64,000 bases of DNA from an uncultured bacterium (GTDB lineage Bacteria > Zixibacteria > MSB-5A5 > GN15 > FEB-12). The translations under genes were made by a program, and so were the position numbers. Location of the stretch: NCBI GenBank assembly GCA_965603125.1, contig CBFDBU010000001.1:39861-103860 (forward strand), in the 5' to 3' direction. Under the pieces are notes generated by a model. That model was not told where the DNA came from and made no database searches. It was given only the letters and a program-made list of their open reading frames with translations. Of this stretch, positions 58,588-64,000 are shown piece by piece. How positions within the stretch are numbered: the first letter of the stretch is position 1; each line of letters begins with the position of its first letter.

Positions 58588-60239
58588 TAAGGGATGAGAA
58601 AATGAGAAAGCAGATTTCCTCACAGAGTGGGTTTGCTACCCTGATAGCCCTGATAATGCTTGCCATGTTAAGTCTGATCGGCCTGGCGGCTGTGTCAACG
58701 TCCGACGACGACGCCAACATCGCCGGAAACGGACTTCAGGAGATGCGGGCCTTCTATGCCGCCGAGGCGGGATTGGAACGAGCCGCAGCGGCTCTGGAGA
58801 CAGAATACGACAGCACCGGCGCCCCACCAACCGTTATGCCCAGTGGAACAGAAGTGGTGAACGGTTGTCAGGTAACCTATGCCAGCGCTACTGACGGGGT
58901 TGCCGAACAGAGAACACTTACCCACGGCACCCTAACCGGGTTGCACGCGCTGGTGAACTCGTTTTCACTTACTTCGGTGGCGGTCAACGCCGCTGATCGA
59001 GCCAAGGTGGAGACGGCCCAGACATTTGAGACGGCGCTCGTGCCGATCTTCCAGTTTGCGGTTTTCTACGGAAACGATCTTGAGATCGCGCCGGGCCCGG
59101 CCATGGATCTCATCGGGCGCGTACACACAAACGGCAGTCTGTGGATCCAGGCCGACAACGAGTTAAGAATGGACAGCTACGTGACGGCTGCCGGGAGCAT
59201 CTTACATGGACGTAAAGGCGCCGGAGGAGTCAGTTCGGGTGATATCCTTATCAAAGACGCCAACGGTAACCACGTGTCCATGAAAGAAGGCGCCGGGTGG
59301 CTGGAAGCCACTGACGCGCACTGGTACGACTCATCGGTAGCTCGATGGCAGGGCCGTGTTCAGGATTCCACCCATGGGCAGCAAGCACTGAATGTGCCGC
59401 TCACGCAAGACGCAGCGGGGGATCCGCACAAGCTTATCGAACCATCCGCGGGGAACCCCGATTCATACGAGACAAAAGCCGCTCTGAAATTCATTGATCG
59501 CAGGGCTTATCAGAAGGCGGACACTCTCTGGGTCGACGTGACAGATTCGATGATCTCCACGGGGGTCATCAGCTTCACCAATAACAAATTCACCGATCAG
59601 CGCGAGGCCAAGAATGTCGACCTCATGGAACTGGATATCGGCAAGATGTACGACGAAGGCTTTGACCCGTCCAGCGGGGTGATATACTGCTCCGATCGCA
59701 GCGCCGGTCCGGACTTCCCGGCGGTGCGGGTATTCAATGCCGACGAGTTGGACGATGGTTTGACCATTGCCAGCGAGAACCCGGTTTACACCCTGGGGGA
59801 CTATAACTCAGTCGACAAGAAGCCGGCCGCTATCCTGGCGGACGCCGTCACATTCTTGTCAAGCGCCTGGGACGACAGCAAGAGCGCCGGCAGCAAGGAC
59901 TACCGCATAGCCGTCAACACGACCGTCAACGCTTCCTACCTGACCGGCAACATCGAGACTACCGTGTCCAATTACAATGGTGGTTTTGAGAACCTGCCCC
60001 GGTTTCTTGAGACGTGGAGCGGCAAGGACTTCAACTGGTCGGGCTCAGCAGTCAATCTCTGGTCCTCCGTTCAGGCTACAGGCACCTGGAACGGTACTTA
60101 TTACTCTCCCCCGGATCGAAACTGGCTGTACGACACTGACCTTGACGACCCGACCAACCTGCCGCCCGAAACCCCGGTTATACGCGTTTTCCAGCGAACC
60201 GGCTGGAAACAGGAGTACGTGGGTTACTCCGGCGAGTAG
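58584..60239 (+). CDS. PilX-like minor pilin with a large C-terminal domain
   Basis: SG|FATLIAL (no Glu5), AFYAAEAG, GRVHTNG and GGFENLPRFLE.W. Confidence 0.85.
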   Translation: MIRDEKMRKQISSQSGFATLIALIMLAMLSLIGLAAVSTSDDDANIAGNGLQEMRAFYAAEAGLERAAAALETEYDSTGAPPTVMPSGTEVVNGCQVTYASATDGVAEQRTLTHGTLTGLHALVNSFSLTSVAVNAADRAKVETAQTFETALVPIFQFAVFYGNDLEIAPGPAMDLIGRVHTNGSLWIQADNELRMDSYVTAAGSILHGRKGAGGVSSGDILIKDANGNHVSMKEGAGWLEATDAHWYDSSVARWQGRVQDSTHGQQALNVPLTQDAAGDPHKLIEPSAGNPDSYETKAALKFIDRRAYQKADTLWVDVTDSMISTGVISFTNNKFTDQREAKNVDLMELDIGKMYDEGFDPSSGVIYCSDRSAGPDFPAVRVFNADELDDGLTIASENPVYTLGDYNSVDKKPAAILADAVTFLSSAWDDSKSAGSKDYRIAVNTTVNASYLTGNIETTVSNYNGGFENLPRFLETWSGKDFNWSGSAVNLWSSVQATGTWNGTYYSPPDRNWLYDTDLDDPTNLPPETPVIRVFQRTGWKQEYVGYSGE

Positions 60240-60271
60240 TCGAGCAGGTCAGGTTGTAGATAAGAGATGCC

Positions 60272-60300
60272 AAACCCGCCCTTCCCGGGCGGGTTTTTCT
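60272..60300 (+). terminator. Rho-independent terminator between convergent pilX-like and sppA genes
   Basis: AAACCCGCCC/GGGCGGGTTT stem followed by a T-run. Confidence 0.8.
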
Positions 60301-60343
60301 TGTATGGAAGGCTTTGCTTCCGCTGATGGTCCGCGGGGGCAAC

Positions 60344-62761
60344 CTACTCGATACCGATATCGAAGGGCATGCGGGTGTAGAATCCTTCGGCAAAGACCGG
60401 CGGCGTCGACAGCGGTGGGAGACCGGCAGCGCCGTCGTCGCCCAGAACCAGACCGGCCACAGCCCGTACCAGGGAGCTGCCCGGCAGAACAAACAACGGT
60501 CGACGCCGGGGGTACACGGCTATACGGTAGTCCTCCAGCCCCAGCCTCCCCGAGGCGTAATCCAGCGTCTCTTTCAGCCCTCCTGATTCATCCACCAGGC
60601 CGTTGGACAGCGCCTCCCGCCCGGTCCATACCCGACCTCCGGCAAGGATGTCGATGGAATCGGTCGGCAGGGCCCGGTTCTCCGAAACGAGCCCAAGGAA
60701 ATGGTCGTAGAACGCCTTCATCTGGGAATGGTACTTGTTCCGCTCGTCGTCGGAGAAGGGTCGCGTCCAGCTAAGCATACCCGCGAATTTTCCCCTCGTG
60801 TATAGCTCTTTGCCCAACTCGATCTTTTCGTAGAGCCCACTGAGGTCCGGCTTGCCGCCATAGATTCCAATGGAACCTGTAATGCTGGCGGGGCTGGCGA
60901 AGAGGCGGTCGCAGGGCATGGCAATGTAATATCCTCCCGAGGCGGCTACGTTCGCCATTGAGACTATGATTGGTTTCTTCGTACGCGCCTTCTGGCAACT
61001 GCGATGGATGGATTCTCCTGCCAGCGCCCAGCCGCCCGGCGAATCTATGCGAAAGATGATCCCCCTGACTCGCGGTTCGACGGCGGCTCGCTCAAAGGCC
61101 CGGCCCATCTCACGCGGCGTAACGCTGTGCCCGTGTCCAAACGGCAAGAGGCCGGTTGCGTCGGGGGCAATCTCACCGTCGGCAACCACGACCGCCAGCA
61201 CCGGCCGCTCCGGCCAGCCGTCGTTCAGCAACGTGTCCGCCAGGTACTTCCTGAAGCTGATTTCAGGCAGAGGCGACAGACTATTACGGCTCAGTTCGTC
61301 GCGGTAGCTCAGGCCGTCCACCAGGCCATACTCCAGCGCTTCCTTCGACGTGAAGGGGCCGTTGTCGATTATTCCCTTGACGGAGTCGGCGGTCAGACCC
61401 CTGCCTTCGGCGATGCCGGAGACAAACTGATCGTAGAGATCATCCAGCAGGCGGTTGATCTGGCGGCGATTCTCCGGAGACGAGGAATCGCGCGCGTATT
61501 TCTCGGCCGCGGTTTTGTAGTCCCCGATTCGTACCACGTCGGCCCTGATGCCCAACTTCTGAAGCGTCCCGGCGTAGAAGGTCAACTCCGCTCGCAGTCC
61601 GACAAGATTAAGCTGACTGACCGGCGGGATCAGAATACGATTCGCCGCCGAAGCAACGTAATAGCCGATGTTGTTCGGCGACGACATGTGGCACGTAATT
61701 GCTTTGCCCTGCCGCTTGAAGAAATCGAGGGCTTGCCTCAGTTCCTGTGCTTGGGCGAACCCGAGCGAAAGGCCTTTCAGACATAGAACCATCTCGCCGA
61801 TCGAGGGGTCCTCGGCCGCCCGATAGATGTTCAGAATCACGGACGCAAAGGGCGTGCGACTGTGACCAAGAATCGGCTGCGGCGGGTTCTCCGGAATCGA
61901 GGCGCCGATATTCATCGCCAGCCGTCGTCGTGGCGGAGGTATCAGTGACGGTTGCCGGAGACTCGTGGCGCCGAAGTACACGGTGCTGTGCTGGTGAGCG
62001 GCCCTGTCATTGAAATGCACCTGCGAGCCCACGAAATACTGGAGAAGATTGACGCGCAGACCCGCCTGGAAGTCCCCGTCCGAGTCCACCAGGCCGGTGA
62101 GATACAGACCGTGGCGTGAAGCTATGCTGAAATGGTAGACGTAGTCGGCGTTGCTCAGCCTGGTGCCGGTGGACAGGAACAGGTCAACGGCTAACGTGAG
62201 CTGTGTGCCAAGAGGACGACAGGCAACGGAATACCGCTGTTCGGTCTCGGTGCGGCGGCCTTCTTCGTTTCGGCTGTGGTTGAGATTCTCAAGTATGGCC
62301 GCCCATCTGAGTTTCCCGCGGCCGCCCGTCAGCCCCAGATTCCACAGGTGGCGGTGGTGGAAATCATCCGGGCCGTCCTTGAAATAGCGGTACGACCCTC
62401 CCAGATTCAGAGTTGCGCCCAGCGACATGGCCAGGCCAAAAATGTACTCTTTGTAGTCGTCTCCCGAGGGATTATAGAGGAAGCGATAGGCAAGAGCCAT
62501 CCGGTCGCGGTTGGTCACGATCCCCCAACTCCTGCCGAAGCTGTCGTCGGCGTATTCTGCCAGAACCTGAAAACTGCTGGCATTGTAGCGCGCCAGCCCG
62601 GCCGGGTTGACCCAGGCAGCCTCGGCGCCAAACACCGACGCTGCGGGCTGATAATAGAAAACGCCGTCGGGAAGATCCAGACGCTGTCCGCGCGCCGGTG
62701 CGGCCGACAGGATGAGGATCGCCCCCGCAGCCAGGACCGCCCGGCCATACCTGCTAAACAA
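60344..62761 (-). CDS. sppA: Signal peptide peptidase A (two S49 domains) with an N-terminal beta-barrel-like extension
   Basis: YKTAAE (Lys), RIDSPGG, AASGGYY (Ser), TGSIG and GRVWTG..A...GLVD. N-terminal WVNPAGLA followed by amphipathic strands. Confidence 0.9.
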   Translation of the reverse strand: MFSRYGRAVLAAGAILILSAAPARGQRLDLPDGVFYYQPAASVFGAEAAWVNPAGLARYNASSFQVLAEYADDSFGRSWGIVTNRDRMALAYRFLYNPSGDDYKEYIFGLAMSLGATLNLGGSYRYFKDGPDDFHHRHLWNLGLTGGRGKLRWAAILENLNHSRNEEGRRTETEQRYSVACRPLGTQLTLAVDLFLSTGTRLSNADYVYHFSIASRHGLYLTGLVDSDGDFQAGLRVNLLQYFVGSQVHFNDRAAHQHSTVYFGATSLRQPSLIPPPRRRLAMNIGASIPENPPQPILGHSRTPFASVILNIYRAAEDPSIGEMVLCLKGLSLGFAQAQELRQALDFFKRQGKAITCHMSSPNNIGYYVASAANRILIPPVSQLNLVGLRAELTFYAGTLQKLGIRADVVRIGDYKTAAEKYARDSSSPENRRQINRLLDDLYDQFVSGIAEGRGLTADSVKGIIDNGPFTSKEALEYGLVDGLSYRDELSRNSLSPLPEISFRKYLADTLLNDGWPERPVLAVVVADGEIAPDATGLLPFGHGHSVTPREMGRAFERAAVEPRVRGIIFRIDSPGGWALAGESIHRSCQKARTKKPIIVSMANVAASGGYYIAMPCDRLFASPASITGSIGIYGGKPDLSGLYEKIELGKELYTRGKFAGMLSWTRPFSDDERNKYHSQMKAFYDHFLGLVSENRALPTDSIDILAGGRVWTGREALSNGLVDESGGLKETLDYASGRLGLEDYRIAVYPRRRPLFVLPGSSLVRAVAGLVLGDDGAAGLPPLSTPPVFAEGFYTRMPFDIGIE

Positions 62762-62763
62762 GA

Positions 62764-63822
62764 CTACTCTCCATACTCGATTCCCCGTACGTAAATGTTC
62801 CCCTTGCCCCGAACGGAACCGCTGATGAGGCCGATGCCCGCGCCGGCGAGGAGATTCAGCCGGTTGTGTTCCACCAGCTCGGTCTTGAAATTGAACTCGG
62901 AGACGTCGATCTTGCCTCCATCATCAACCGCCAGGGCGACATGAGCCGAGAGGTCCGAGGGGATCTCCAGTTCGATGTCCTCGTAGCGGTTATTGATCAG
63001 CAGTTGGCCGTCAGCCATCTCGGTGAGGGCCACCAGTATGGGCCCCGATACGCACCGGATGTAGCTCTTGCTGCCGTGTGGTTTGAAACCGACTATATCA
63101 ACGCGGCCATAAGAGTTCCTGGCATTGACCCCTCCCCGCAACCCGTCGATGAGGATATCGCCGCCATCATTGCGAAAGGTAGCCGCCTCGGCCGGGCAGG
63201 TCACGTTGTTTGCAACCAGCGTGGAATTCGTCGTGGAGACGGATATTCTGCCGGAAATATCGTTCACATTGACCCGGCGATTGGCCGTGGACAGGTCCAG
63301 CCGGTCCGTCACATGGGAGACATCCAGACGACCCAGCGATGTGGAGTTGCTCAGTTCGGTGAACGGCCCCGTTGCCGCGAGGTCAAAGTACACGGCATCA
63401 ATGTCCACCGACCAGTCCGGCGGAAGCGTCAGTTCCGCCTCCACCATGCCGTATTCGACTCCCTTCCAGGGAGGTGGATTGGGAGCTCGCATCTGCAGGC
63501 CGGCGCCGTCGGGAATGTTTTCAAGCGCCACGGCGATGAGATCAATATAGTCGACAGCCCGGGACTTGCCGCTTGTCTTTGCTTTCTTCGTGTAAACGAG
63601 CTCCACCTGCGCTACGTCCGCGACAGTGATGGTCAATGATCCTCTCAGCGAGGCAGCCGCCTGGATAGTGATCTTGTTCCCCTGCCTGATCGAGGCCGAA
63701 GCCTTCAGTTTCCGGGTGGAGTAGAGTTCTTTAGACTCCTGGTGAACCTCCTGTGCGGCGCAGGGCAGTCCGGCCAGCACGAGGAGCGAGACAACCAGGA
63801 CTGCCATGTTCATCCTTGTCAC
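62764..63822 (-). CDS. Secreted DUF4097-like beta-strand repeat protein
   Basis: Signal peptide and repeated short beta motifs (T..G.I.V). Confidence 0.65.
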   Translation of the reverse strand: MTRMNMAVLVVSLLVLAGLPCAAQEVHQESKELYSTRKLKASASIRQGNKITIQAAASLRGSLTITVADVAQVELVYTKKAKTSGKSRAVDYIDLIAVALENIPDGAGLQMRAPNPPPWKGVEYGMVEAELTLPPDWSVDIDAVYFDLAATGPFTELSNSTSLGRLDVSHVTDRLDLSTANRRVNVNDISGRISVSTTNSTLVANNVTCPAEAATFRNDGGDILIDGLRGGVNARNSYGRVDIVGFKPHGSKSYIRCVSGPILVALTEMADGQLLINNRYEDIELEIPSDLSAHVALAVDDGGKIDVSEFNFKTELVEHNRLNLLAGAGIGLISGSVRGKGNIYVRGIEYGE

Positions 63823-63825
63823 TGC

Positions 63826-64000
63826 TTACCTCAGTCTTGAGTCAAACACCTGTTTCATGAGTATCGACGCCGCTACCGCCACGTTTAGCGATTCCACCGA
63901 CCGGCGGTGCTCGAGGCGAATGCGATACTCGGCCTGTCTCAGGATCGCTTCTGACAGTCCGCCGGCTTCAGAGCCTACCGCCAGGATCAGCCTCCCGCCT
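63826..64000 (-). CDS. TrmH/SpoU (SPOUT) RNA methyltransferase, C-terminal part (truncated by the window edge)
   Basis: Manual translation gives LAVGSEAGGLS...VESLNVAVAASIL. Confidence 0.88.
   Translation of the reverse strand, partial: GGRLILAVGSEAGGLSEAILRQAEYRIRLEHRRSVESLNVAVAASILMKQVFDSRLR

Overview
A GC-rich (roughly 58-60% by eye) chromosomal window from a diderm bacterium. The 'DIADLVYLVDYMF..GPxP' dockerin-like C-termini and the 'QNYPNPFNP' FlgD/T9SS-type tail suggest candidate phylum Zixibacteria or a close FCB-group relative; this is inference only. Housekeeping content: kdsA-kdsC-kdsD-lpxL-lptC, comEA, coaD, lysS, nnr, lon, ychF, nfo, sppA and a partial SPOUT methyltransferase. 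Accessory content: a TetR-controlled TolC/HlyD/ABC efflux operon, a YfhO (GT-C) glycosylation cluster, a pilV/W/X-like minor pilin trio and a multiheme cytochrome. Four observations stand out. (1) Three secreted gingipain-family (C25) proteases (one Kgp-like, one Rgp-like, one with a large insertion between its catalytic His and Cys) all end in dockerin-like modules, and a 1.2-kaa secreted protein carries two cohesin-sized N-terminal repeats, suggesting a cellulosome-like protease assembly. (2) A stand-alone ~150-nt transcript carries a ~16-nt complement to the 16S rRNA 3' end ahead of an 11-aa ORF. (3) There are several families of REP-like palindromes, including nested ones, and a 147-bp MITE with a 4-bp target-site duplication. 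(4) Several genes look leaderless. No rRNA, tRNA, CRISPR array or transposase was recognised. All domain names come from motif recognition by eye, not from database searches.
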